Positions 31,956 through 39,693 of a DNA stretch of 64,000 bases are shown piece after piece (positions within the stretch are counted from its first letter, which is position 1; the number at the start of each line of letters is the position of its first letter). Under the pieces are notes generated by a model that saw only the letters and a list, made by a program, of their open reading frames with translations, ran no database searches and was not told the DNA's origin. Both the position numbers and the translations under genes were made by a program. The DNA comes from Alphaproteobacteria bacterium. GTDB taxonomy: Bacteria > Pseudomonadota > Alphaproteobacteria > VGDZ01. The stretch lies in the NCBI GenBank assembly GCA_016869515.1, contig VGDZ01000003.1:18804-82803 (forward strand). The letters are read 5' to 3'.

Positions 31956-32585
31956 ATGGAAAAACTGACCAAGATCTCGGCCATTGCCGCGCCGATGCTG
32001 CGCATCAACATCGACACCGACCAGATCATTCCCGCCCGCTTTTTGGTTCGCGTCACCAATGACGGCCTGGGCGAGGGCCTGTTTGCCGGCCAGCGCTACG
32101 GACGCGACGGCAAACCCAATCCCGACTTCATTCTCAATCGCGCGCCTTACGATCGCGCCGAGATCCTGCTGGCCGACCGCAATTTCGGCTGCGGCTCCTC
32201 GCGCGAGGCGGCGCCGATGGCGCTGCGGCAACGCGGCTTCCGGGCGGTGATCGCGCCCTCCTTCGGCGGCATCTTTTTCAACAATTGCTTTCGCAACGGC
32301 GTCGTTCCGGTCGAGCTGCCGATCGAGGCGGTGCGGCAGATCGCGGCCGAAGTCGAGGCGACGCAGGGCCAGGGCAAGGTCGGCGTCGATCTCGAAGGCG
32401 AGGCCGTGACCACGCCCAGCGGCGCGGTGTTCAAGTTCCGCTCGCCGCCGCTATTGCGCGAAATGCTGTTGGCGGGGGCGGACGAGGTCGATCTGACCCT
32501 GCGCCGCGGCGAACAGATCGGCGACTTTCGCGGCAAGGACTCGGCCAAGCGTCCCTGGGCCTATCGGCCGGGTCTGGCGAACTGA
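31956..32585 (+). CDS. 3-isopropylmalate dehydratase small subunit-like (LeuD), copy 2 (tandem duplicate)
   Basis: ATG 31956 preceded by GAGAGG; near-identical core motifs to copy 1 (NFGCGSSREAAP, APSFGGIFFNNCFRNG). Confidence 0.8.
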   Translation: MEKLTKISAIAAPMLRINIDTDQIIPARFLVRVTNDGLGEGLFAGQRYGRDGKPNPDFILNRAPYDRAEILLADRNFGCGSSREAAPMALRQRGFRAVIAPSFGGIFFNNCFRNGVVPVELPIEAVRQIAAEVEATQGQGKVGVDLEGEAVTTPSGAVFKFRSPPLLREMLLAGADEVDLTLRRGEQIGDFRGKDSAKRPWAYRPGLAN

Positions 32586-32622
32586 TCGCCCGGTGTCGCT
32601 GTAGGGTCCCTGGGCTTACGTC

Positions 32623-33852
32623 ATGACCGACGCGCAACGTCTTGCCGCGGGAGTCGATCCGCGCCGCGCGCTCGACTTTCTTGCCGCGATGGTTCGCCAC
32701 AAGAGCTACAGCAATACGCCGGGTGAGACCGAGCTTGCGCGCTTCATGGTGGCGGAAATGCAGAAACTCGGCATGGATGCGCGCCTGCAGCCGGTCGAGG
32801 GCGAGCGCTGCAACGCCATCGGCGTGTGGAAGGGCACGGGCGGCGGCAAGAGCCTGCTGTTCAACGGCCATCTCGATACCAATCCCGTCACCGGCGGCTG
32901 GACGGTCGATCCCTGGGGCGGGTTGGTAGACGACAAATTCATTTACGGCATCGGCGTCTCCAACATGAAGGCGGGCGACGCCGCTTATTTCTGCGCCGTG
33001 CGCAGCTTGATCGAGAACGGCGTTCGGCTGCGCGGCGACGTCGTCCTGACTTATGTTGTCGGCGAGTTGCAGGGCGGGGTTGGCACCATCAAGGCGATCG
33101 AAGCGGGCATTCGTGCCGATTATTTCATCAATGCCGAGCCGACCGACATCGCTGCCCTGACCTTGCACGCCGGCGCGTTCAACTGGACGGTCGAGCTCGA
33201 AGGCGTCACCCGCCACGTCTCCAAACGCGAGCAGGCCTGCGATGCGCTGCAGGCCGCGTCGGTGCTGGTGCCGCGACTGAACGCGCTTGAATTCAGCGGC
33301 GCCGCCAGCGAGGAGCACCGAGCCGTCAACCGCTGCCATGTCGGCGTGATGCGTTCGGCGCTGACGCCGGAATTCCACGATTGGCGCCCGCCGCAGGTAG
33401 CCGATTTCGCGCGACTGATCGGTACCGGTCGCTACGCCCCCAGCCAATCCGAGGACAGCGTCCTGGCCGACATTCGCCGCGAACTTGATTGGTTGCAACG
33501 CGAGTTTCCCGGCCTCAAGGCCAAGGTCGAACGCCAGCGCACCGGCCAGGTACAGCGGGCCTCGATGCTGCCCTTCGAGGTCGACCGATCCAGCCCGATC
33601 GTGCAGGCGATCAACGCCGCCCATCGGGCCGTCCGCCGAACGCCGCAGCCGACCGGTGCGATCGCGCCGCAATGCTATTACGGCACCGATGCCGCGCACC
33701 TGCAGCATCGCGCCGGAATGCAAGGCATCGTCTGCGGCCCGGGCGGCCGTTACAACACCATGCCCGACGAACGTGTGGACATTGTCGACTATCTCGACGC
33801 CGCCAAGATCTATCTCTTGACCGTGCTCGACATCTGCGGCCGGTCCGCCTAG
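32623..33852 (+). CDS. M20-family metallopeptidase / deacylase (ArgE/DapE/ACY1-like)
   Basis: 409 aa; metal-binding motifs NGHLDT, GVSNMKAG, and C-terminal YGTDAAHL. Confidence 0.8.
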   Translation: MTDAQRLAAGVDPRRALDFLAAMVRHKSYSNTPGETELARFMVAEMQKLGMDARLQPVEGERCNAIGVWKGTGGGKSLLFNGHLDTNPVTGGWTVDPWGGLVDDKFIYGIGVSNMKAGDAAYFCAVRSLIENGVRLRGDVVLTYVVGELQGGVGTIKAIEAGIRADYFINAEPTDIAALTLHAGAFNWTVELEGVTRHVSKREQACDALQAASVLVPRLNALEFSGAASEEHRAVNRCHVGVMRSALTPEFHDWRPPQVADFARLIGTGRYAPSQSEDSVLADIRRELDWLQREFPGLKAKVERQRTGQVQRASMLPFEVDRSSPIVQAINAAHRAVRRTPQPTGAIAPQCYYGTDAAHLQHRAGMQGIVCGPGGRYNTMPDERVDIVDYLDAAKIYLLTVLDICGRSA

Positions 33853-33915
33853 ACCGCGATTCACGGTTTGCATGGAATCGCCGACGCTGTTCCATGCAAA
33901 CCGTGAATCGCGGTC
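33852..33915. terminator. Perfect 26-bp-stem / 12-nt-loop hairpin immediately after the M20 peptidase stop codon (terminator or protein-binding palindrome)
   Basis: gaccgcgattcacggtttgcatggaa-tcgccgacgctg-ttccatgcaaaccgtgaatcgcggtc read directly; no U-tract follows. Confidence 0.55.
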
Positions 33916-33942
33916 CAGGGCGGGATCCGAGGGCATGAGTCA

Positions 33943-33978
33943 CGCTCGGTCTCGAACCATGGGGTTCTAGACCGAGCG
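33943..33978. promoter_or_regulatory. 16-bp near-perfect inverted repeat containing GAACC-N4-GGTTC, 22 bp upstream of the GntR start: candidate autoregulatory operator
   Basis: cgctcggtctcgaacc-atgg-ggttctagaccgagcg with one mismatch. Confidence 0.45.
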
Positions 33979-33999
33979 ATCTTGCCCTAGACTGACGTC

Positions 34000-34761
34000 A
34001 TGGCGCGAGTTGGAAAACCGCGCGGCTCGAGCCGGCGCGACCACTTCGGCGATGCGGTCTACGCCCAGATCAAGGCCGACATCTTCGACTTTCGCCTGCT
34101 GCCCGGCGCCCGCTTCTCGGAAAACGAGGTCGCCCGGCGGGCGCGCGTTTCGCGCACGCCGGTGCGCGAGGCACTGATGCGGCTCGAGCGGGAGGGCTAT
34201 CTTCAGGTCCACGCCAAGAGCGGTTGGAGCGTCTGCCCGCTCGATTTCGCGCAGTTCGACCACCTCTACGACCTGCGCGTCGTGCTCGAACTGGCGGCGG
34301 TGCAGAAGCTGTGCGCCGGCAAGGACATCGCCGCCCTCGATCGGCTGCGTGCGATCTGGCTGGTGAGTCCGTCCCTGCGCGTGGTCGACGGCGCCAAGCT
34401 GGCCCGGATGGACGAGGAGTTCCACTCGACCCTGGTCGCCGCCGCCGGCAATCCCGAAGTCGCGCGCATCCATCACGGCATTACCGAGCGCATCCGCATC
34501 CTGCGGCGGCTCGACTTCACTCATCCCGAACGCATCATCTACACCTATCGCGAACACGCCGAGATCCTGCGCGCGCTGCTGGCGCGCGACGCCGATCGCG
34601 CCTCGGCTTTGTTGCGCGCGCATATCGAGGCCAGCCGGGCGGTGGTGCAGACCATCACCCTGCACCGGCTGCACCTTGCGCATCTCGATGCCAAACCGTC
34701 TGCCAGGACCAACGGGGCCGCACGCAAGCCGGCCGCCGCGCGTGCCCCTCGCCGGCGCTAG
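34000..34761 (+). CDS. GntR-family transcriptional regulator (FadR/FCD subfamily)
   Basis: N-terminal wHTH (EVARRARVSRTPVREAL) and helical FCD-type C-terminal domain. Confidence 0.85.
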   Translation: MARVGKPRGSSRRDHFGDAVYAQIKADIFDFRLLPGARFSENEVARRARVSRTPVREALMRLEREGYLQVHAKSGWSVCPLDFAQFDHLYDLRVVLELAAVQKLCAGKDIAALDRLRAIWLVSPSLRVVDGAKLARMDEEFHSTLVAAAGNPEVARIHHGITERIRILRRLDFTHPERIIYTYREHAEILRALLARDADRASALLRAHIEASRAVVQTITLHRLHLAHLDAKPSARTNGAARKPAAARAPRRR

Positions 34762-34783
34762 GGCATGATCCGCAACCCGCCTT

Positions 34784-34849
34784 GAACCGCGCGGTTCACG
34801 GCCGATCGCCAATGTCCTGGGCCGCGATCGGTCCCGAACCTTGCGGTTC
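34784..34849. promoter_or_regulatory. Two further GAACC-N4-GGTTC palindromes (34784..34797 gaaccgcgcggttc; 34836..34849 gaaccttgcggttc) upstream of the NCS2 permease gene
   Basis: Read directly; same half-sites as the motif upstream of the GntR gene. Confidence 0.45.
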
Positions 34850-34876
34850 AAGACCGATCGATCCCGCCCCTGCCGA

Positions 34877-36229
34877 CTACTCTTCCTTGGGGAAGACCAG
34901 GTTCAGCCCCATCGCCAGCATGATGCCCATGACGATGCCGTCGGTGACGAGGATGCGCAGCGCCTGCGGGATGGCGTCGAACGCCCCCGGCGGCGCCGCC
35001 TGAATCCCCAAGCCCAGCCCCAGCGAGGCGGCCAGGATCAAGGCGTCGCGGCGCGAGGTCATGTTGCGGCCGATGATGTCGATGCCGACCGAGGCCACCA
35101 TCCCGAACATGAACAGCAGCACGCCGCCCAGCACCGCGTTCGGCATCAGGGCGATGATCGCTCCCACCTTCGGCACCAGCGCCATCAGGATCAGGAAGAA
35201 GCCGCCGAAGGCGACGACGAAGCGGCTGCCGACGCCGGTCAGCGAGATGACGCCGATGTTCTGCGAATAGGACGTCAATGCCATGCCGCCGAACAGGGCC
35301 GACAGCGTCGAGCCGATGCCGTCATTCGAGACCGCGCCGCGGATGCGCCAGCCTTCGGCCGGAACGCCGCAGATGCGCGATACCGCCAGGGTATGGCCGG
35401 TGGTCTCGACCGCGGTGGCGAAGAAGCACACCACCACCGCAATGATGCCGACGATGCCCGGCCATTCCAGGCCGCCATAGGGAAACGGCATCGGCACCGC
35501 GATCCAGTCGGCCTTGCCGACCGCGCTGATGTCGATCAGGCCGGCCGCGGCGGCGACGAGATAGCCGATGATCATGGTCACGAACAGCGACAGCGCGCGC
35601 ACGAACCCCTTGGCAAAGCGGCTGATGACCAGGATCAACACGATCATCAGCGCCGCCAGGCCGATGGTCAGCGGCTTGCCGAAGGCGGGCGTGCCGAAAC
35701 CCGAGGCGACGTTGATGCCGATCTTCATCAGACCGGTGCCGATCAGCAGGATGGTGGTGCCGGTGACGATCGGCGGGAAGAAGCGATGCAGTCTGCCGAT
35801 CAGCGGACTCCAGGCGAACTGCACCAGGCCGCCGATCATCAGCGCCGTCATCGCCGCCGCCAGGCTTACGTCCTTGGCGATGGCGACCATGGGGCCGATG
35901 AAGATGTAGAACACGCCCATCACGATCGGCAGGCGCGGCCCGATGAAGGACATGCCCAGCGCCGAAATCATGGTGGCGACGCCGCAGCCGATCATGGTGC
36001 CCGAGACCATCAGGATGCGGGTCTCTTCGGACAGGTTGAGCAGCCGCCCGACGATCAGCGGTCCGCCGACCATGGCGGTGAACATCACCAGCACGTGCTG
36101 AATGCCGAACAGCGCGGTCTTGACCGGCCCGGGATAGTCGTTCAGCTCGTAGTCGAGCTTGACGAAACCGCGATCGCCCCCGTGTCCGCCATGCGCTTGC
36201 GCGGCGGCTGCGTTTTCTTGGCTGCTCAT
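34877..36229 (-). CDS. Nucleobase:cation symporter-2 (NCS2) family purine/xanthine/uric-acid-type permease
   Basis: 450 aa with about 12-14 TM segments; NCS2-like glycine-rich TM composition. Confidence 0.8.
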   Translation of the reverse strand: MSSQENAAAAQAHGGHGGDRGFVKLDYELNDYPGPVKTALFGIQHVLVMFTAMVGGPLIVGRLLNLSEETRILMVSGTMIGCGVATMISALGMSFIGPRLPIVMGVFYIFIGPMVAIAKDVSLAAAMTALMIGGLVQFAWSPLIGRLHRFFPPIVTGTTILLIGTGLMKIGINVASGFGTPAFGKPLTIGLAALMIVLILVISRFAKGFVRALSLFVTMIIGYLVAAAAGLIDISAVGKADWIAVPMPFPYGGLEWPGIVGIIAVVVCFFATAVETTGHTLAVSRICGVPAEGWRIRGAVSNDGIGSTLSALFGGMALTSYSQNIGVISLTGVGSRFVVAFGGFFLILMALVPKVGAIIALMPNAVLGGVLLFMFGMVASVGIDIIGRNMTSRRDALILAASLGLGLGIQAAPPGAFDAIPQALRILVTDGIVMGIMLAMGLNLVFPKEE

Positions 36230-38055
36230 GGTTTATCCTTCCCTTCCTTGACGAAATTGCGCCAGCTGCCGAGATTCGAAATATCCCACGCCGCGCGCAC
36301 GGCGTGGGCCTCGCACAAGAACCCTTTGACCTGGGTGCCGTCTTCCAGCGCCACCGTTCCGATGCCCAGCGGCGCCGGAATGCCGTCGACGAAGCCGCCG
36401 AAGCCGGCGGCCGGCACCTCCCACACCTCGACCTCGATCGACGCGCCGGACTCGGCGCGCACCAGGCCCGGTCGCGGCGGCGAGAACTCGGTCAAGGCGT
36501 AGAAGCGATAGAGCGGCGCCGTCCGGCATTTGCGCGCCAGCCGCCCGCCGCGCTCGGTCAGCTGGTGGTTGAGCGGCAGCCCCGACATGTGCGCTCCGCA
36601 CACCGCGACCTGGATGGTGGCGTTCGCCTTGGCCGGCGCGGCCAGCGTCGCCGGTCGCCCCGACGGCAAGGCCGTTCCGGTCGCGCCCATGGTGCCGCCC
36701 GCCGCCCGCTGCAGCGCGTCGGCCAGGACGCACAGCGATTCGTCGGCGAAGGCCGGGGCGATCAGGGTGATGCCGAAAGGCAGCCCGTCGGCTTGAAAGC
36801 CCGCCGGCAGCGCGATCGCCGACAGGTCGAGCAGGTTCATGAAATTGGTGTAGTGGCCAAGATTGCTGTTGGTGCGGATCGGATCGGCTTCGACCTCGGA
36901 GATCCGGTAGATGGTTCCCGCGGTCGGCGTCACCAGGATGTCGAATTCGTCCCAGACCGGCGCGGTCTCCCGCCGCAGCGCCTTCAAGCGATCGAACGCG
37001 GCGAACGCATCGACCGCGGTGAAGCGCGTCGCCCCGCCGATGATCTTCCGCGTCACCGGGTGCAGCGCCTCGGGCCGTTTTTCGATGAAGTCGCGGATGG
37101 CGACATAGCGCTCGGCTACCCAAGGCCCTTCGTAAAGCAGCCGCGCGGTGGCGAAGAACGGCGCAAAATCCACCTCCGCCCTCTCGGCCCCGAGCGCATC
37201 CAGTCGCGCCATCGCCTGTTCGAACAGGCCGGCGGCGTCGCGGTTGCCGAAGAACTCCAATTGATTCTTGCGCGGCACGCCGATGCGGAGACCTGCGAAC
37301 GCGATCGGCACAGCCCCATGGCCAGCGCCTCGATCCGGGCGCGAATAGGGGTCGGCAGCATCGAACCCGCGCGCCACCCGCAACACCGACGCCGCGTCGG
37401 CCGCGGTCAAGGCGAAGATCGACACGCAATCGAGCGACCGGCAGGCCGGCACGACCCCACGCGTGCTAAGCAGCCCGCAGCTGGGCTTGAGTCCGATCAG
37501 GTTGTTGAACGCCGCCGGCACTCGACCGGAGCCGGCGGTGTCGGTGCCGAGCGCGAAGCTGGCAAGCCCGGCGGCGACCGCGATCGCCGAGCCCGAGCTG
37601 GAACCGCCCGGGACATAGTCCGCATCGAAGCTGTTGGCGGGCACGCCATAGGGCGACCGCACGCCGACCAGGCCGGTGGCGAACTGGTCGAGATTGGTCT
37701 TGCCGATGGGGATCGCCCCCGCCGCCACCAGTTTTTCGACCACCGGCGCCGAGCCGCCCGCGAGGTAGCGGAAATCCGGGCAGCCGGCGGTGGTGGGGTG
37801 CCCGGCGAGGTCGATGTTGTCCTTGATCGCGAAAGGGATGCCGTAGAGCGGCAGACCGTCCGGCCCGCGGCGCTCGAGTGCCGCAGCCTGGGCCCGCAAG
37901 GCGTCGTCGGCCAGGCGGTGGATCCAGACCTTGTCGTCGCCGCGCCTGGACAGCCGCCGCAGCAATCCCTCGACCATCTGGCTTGGACGCAGCGCCCCGG
38001 CCCGATACCGCGCGCCGAGCGTATCCAGGTCGAGCGAGTCCCCCTCATCCAGCAT
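36226..38055 (-). CDS. Allophanate hydrolase-like protein (amidase-signature domain plus C-terminal AtzF-type domain)
   Basis: Start at MLDEGDSLDL (ATG 38055) because the track start at 38112 is a TTG inside the upstream palindromic region; amidase-signature stretch GGSSSGSAIAVAAGLASFALGTDTAGSGRVPAAFNNLIGLKPS; about 600 aa as expected for allophanate hydrolase. Confidence 0.8.
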   Translation of the reverse strand: MLDEGDSLDLDTLGARYRAGALRPSQMVEGLLRRLSRRGDDKVWIHRLADDALRAQAAALERRGPDGLPLYGIPFAIKDNIDLAGHPTTAGCPDFRYLAGGSAPVVEKLVAAGAIPIGKTNLDQFATGLVGVRSPYGVPANSFDADYVPGGSSSGSAIAVAAGLASFALGTDTAGSGRVPAAFNNLIGLKPSCGLLSTRGVVPACRSLDCVSIFALTAADAASVLRVARGFDAADPYSRPDRGAGHGAVPIAFAGLRIGVPRKNQLEFFGNRDAAGLFEQAMARLDALGAERAEVDFAPFFATARLLYEGPWVAERYVAIRDFIEKRPEALHPVTRKIIGGATRFTAVDAFAAFDRLKALRRETAPVWDEFDILVTPTAGTIYRISEVEADPIRTNSNLGHYTNFMNLLDLSAIALPAGFQADGLPFGITLIAPAFADESLCVLADALQRAAGGTMGATGTALPSGRPATLAAPAKANATIQVAVCGAHMSGLPLNHQLTERGGRLARKCRTAPLYRFYALTEFSPPRPGLVRAESGASIEVEVWEVPAAGFGGFVDGIPAPLGIGTVALEDGTQVKGFLCEAHAVRAAWDISNLGSWRNFVKEGKDKP

Positions 38056-38093
38056 CGATTGGCCCTTGGCGAAGTTCCCTGATCCGGCACTAG

Positions 38094-38124
38094 TATACAA
38101 CATGGTATACAAAGCAACCTATAC
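38094..38124. promoter_or_regulatory. Low-GC divergent promoter region with repeated GTATAC-type GntR-like boxes between the allophanate hydrolase and fdrA genes
   Basis: tagtatacaacatggtatacaaagcaacctatacagatat: GTATAC at 38094 and 38105, CTATAC at 38119. Confidence 0.4.
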
Positions 38125-38154
38125 AGATATTGGGACCGGTGCTAGAGTTTGTTC

Positions 38155-39693
38155 ATGGTGAGCGCGACCCGGATCTTCCCCAACCTCTACCGCGACTCCA
38201 TCTCCCTGATGCAACTATCGGCCGTGCTGGCGGCGCGGCCGGGCATCGACAACGTCTCGGCGGTGATGGCGACGCCGGCCAATTTGGCGCTGCTGGCCGA
38301 GGCGGGATTGGCGCCGGGCCGCGTCGCCGCCGGACCCAACGACCTGCTGATCGTCGCCCGCGGCAAGGACTCGGCGGCGGTAACGGCGGCGCTCGATGCC
38401 GCCGCCGCCGAGATCGCCAGGCCGACCGTTGCCGCCGCCGGCGTCGCTGGTCCGAGTCTGCCGCGCAGCCTGCGCTCCGCCCGGCTGCAGGTTCCGGCCG
38501 CCAATCTGGCGCTGGTTTCGACCCCGGGCGAATACGCCGCCGCCGAGGCGATGAAGGCGTTGCGCCTGGGCCTCAACGTCATGCTGTTCAGCGACAACGT
38601 GGATCTCGACGACGAGGTCGCGCTCAAGCGCCTGGCCAAGGCGCGCGGGCTGATGGTGATGGGGCCCGATTGCGGCACCGCCATCGTCAACGGCGTTCCG
38701 CTCGGCTTCGCCAATGCGGTGCGACGCGGCGCGATCGGCGTGGTCGGCGCCTCGGGCACCGGCACCCAGCAGGTGACTTGCCTGGTGCACCGGCTCGGCG
38801 CCGGCATTTCCCACGCCATCGGCACCGGCGGCCACGACCTCAGCCGCCGGGTGGGCGGCATCACCATGGTGCAGGGCATCCGGGCGCTGGCTGCCGACCA
38901 GGCGACCAAGGTCATCGTGCTGATCTCCAAGCCACCGGCGCCGGAGGTGGCGCGGGCCGTGCTCAAGGCGGCCAGAAACTGCGGCAAGCCGGTGGTGGTG
39001 AACTTCATCGGCGCCGCGCCGGACAGCGTGCGCGGCCAGAATCTGCATGTCGCCGCTACCCTCGATCACGCGGCCCGCGTCGCCGTCGCCCTGGCGCAAG
39101 GAGGCGCGCCGCCCGGCCCCGATCTCGGGCAGCTGCCGCCGGTGCGTCTCGGCCCCATGGCCGCCGGCCAAAGATACGTTCGCGGCCTCTATAGCGGCGG
39201 CACCTTCTGCTACGAGGCATCCGCCATGCTGGGCGCTGCGCTGGGGACGGTCTGGTCCAATGCGCCGGTCGATCCCAGGCGGCGGCTGGGCGATGCCCGC
39301 AAGTCGAAGGGCCATACCCTGATCGACCTCGGCGACGACGCATTCACCCGCGGCCACCCGCATCCGATGATCGACTTCCGCCTGCGCAACGAACGCCTCT
39401 TGCGCGAGGCCGAGGATGCGGAAGTGGCGGCGATCGTGCTCGACGTGGTGCTGGGCTTCGGTGCCCACCCCGATCCGGCGGCCGAACTGGCGCCGGTGAT
39501 CGAAAAGGCGCGGGCGACCGTGCGCCGACGGGGTCGCGAGATCGCCGTGGTCGGCTTCGTTTGCGGGACCGAACTTGACCCGCAAGGTTTGGACCGCCAG
39601 GCAAATGCGCTGCGTTCCGCCGGCATGATCCTGACCGAAAGCAATGCGCAGGCGGCGCGGCTGGCTGCGTCGATTGCAGGAGGGCGCCGATGA
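38155..39693 (+). CDS. fdrA: FdrA-family protein (CoA-binding/succinyl-CoA-synthetase-like; oxamate carbamoyltransferase-associated)
   Basis: About 510 aa with FdrA-like architecture (N-terminal domain plus CoA-ligase-like repeats, GPDCGTAIVNG, VGASGTGTQ); ATG 38155, track start TTG at 38149. Confidence 0.75.
   Translation: MVSATRIFPNLYRDSISLMQLSAVLAARPGIDNVSAVMATPANLALLAEAGLAPGRVAAGPNDLLIVARGKDSAAVTAALDAAAAEIARPTVAAAGVAGPSLPRSLRSARLQVPAANLALVSTPGEYAAAEAMKALRLGLNVMLFSDNVDLDDEVALKRLAKARGLMVMGPDCGTAIVNGVPLGFANAVRRGAIGVVGASGTGTQQVTCLVHRLGAGISHAIGTGGHDLSRRVGGITMVQGIRALAADQATKVIVLISKPPAPEVARAVLKAARNCGKPVVVNFIGAAPDSVRGQNLHVAATLDHAARVAVALAQGGAPPGPDLGQLPPVRLGPMAAGQRYVRGLYSGGTFCYEASAMLGAALGTVWSNAPVDPRRRLGDARKSKGHTLIDLGDDAFTRGHPHPMIDFRLRNERLLREAEDAEVAAIVLDVVLGFGAHPDPAAELAPVIEKARATVRRRGREIAVVGFVCGTELDPQGLDRQANALRSAGMILTESNAQAARLAASIAGGRR

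Noticed and set aside
33991-33998. TGACGTCA palindrome just upstream of the gntR start
   Set aside because: An 8-bp palindrome is expected by chance in 64 kb; the adjacent 16-bp GAACC-N4-GGTTC inverted repeat is the stronger operator candidate.
38056-38112. ORF-track start (TTG at 38112) for the allophanate-hydrolase-like gene
   Set aside because: It would place 19 codons (MYTMLYTSAGSGNFAKGQS) inside the low-GC GTATAC-box promoter region. The ATG at 38055 (MLDEGDSL) precedes the conserved amidase core and leaves a sensible divergent promoter.
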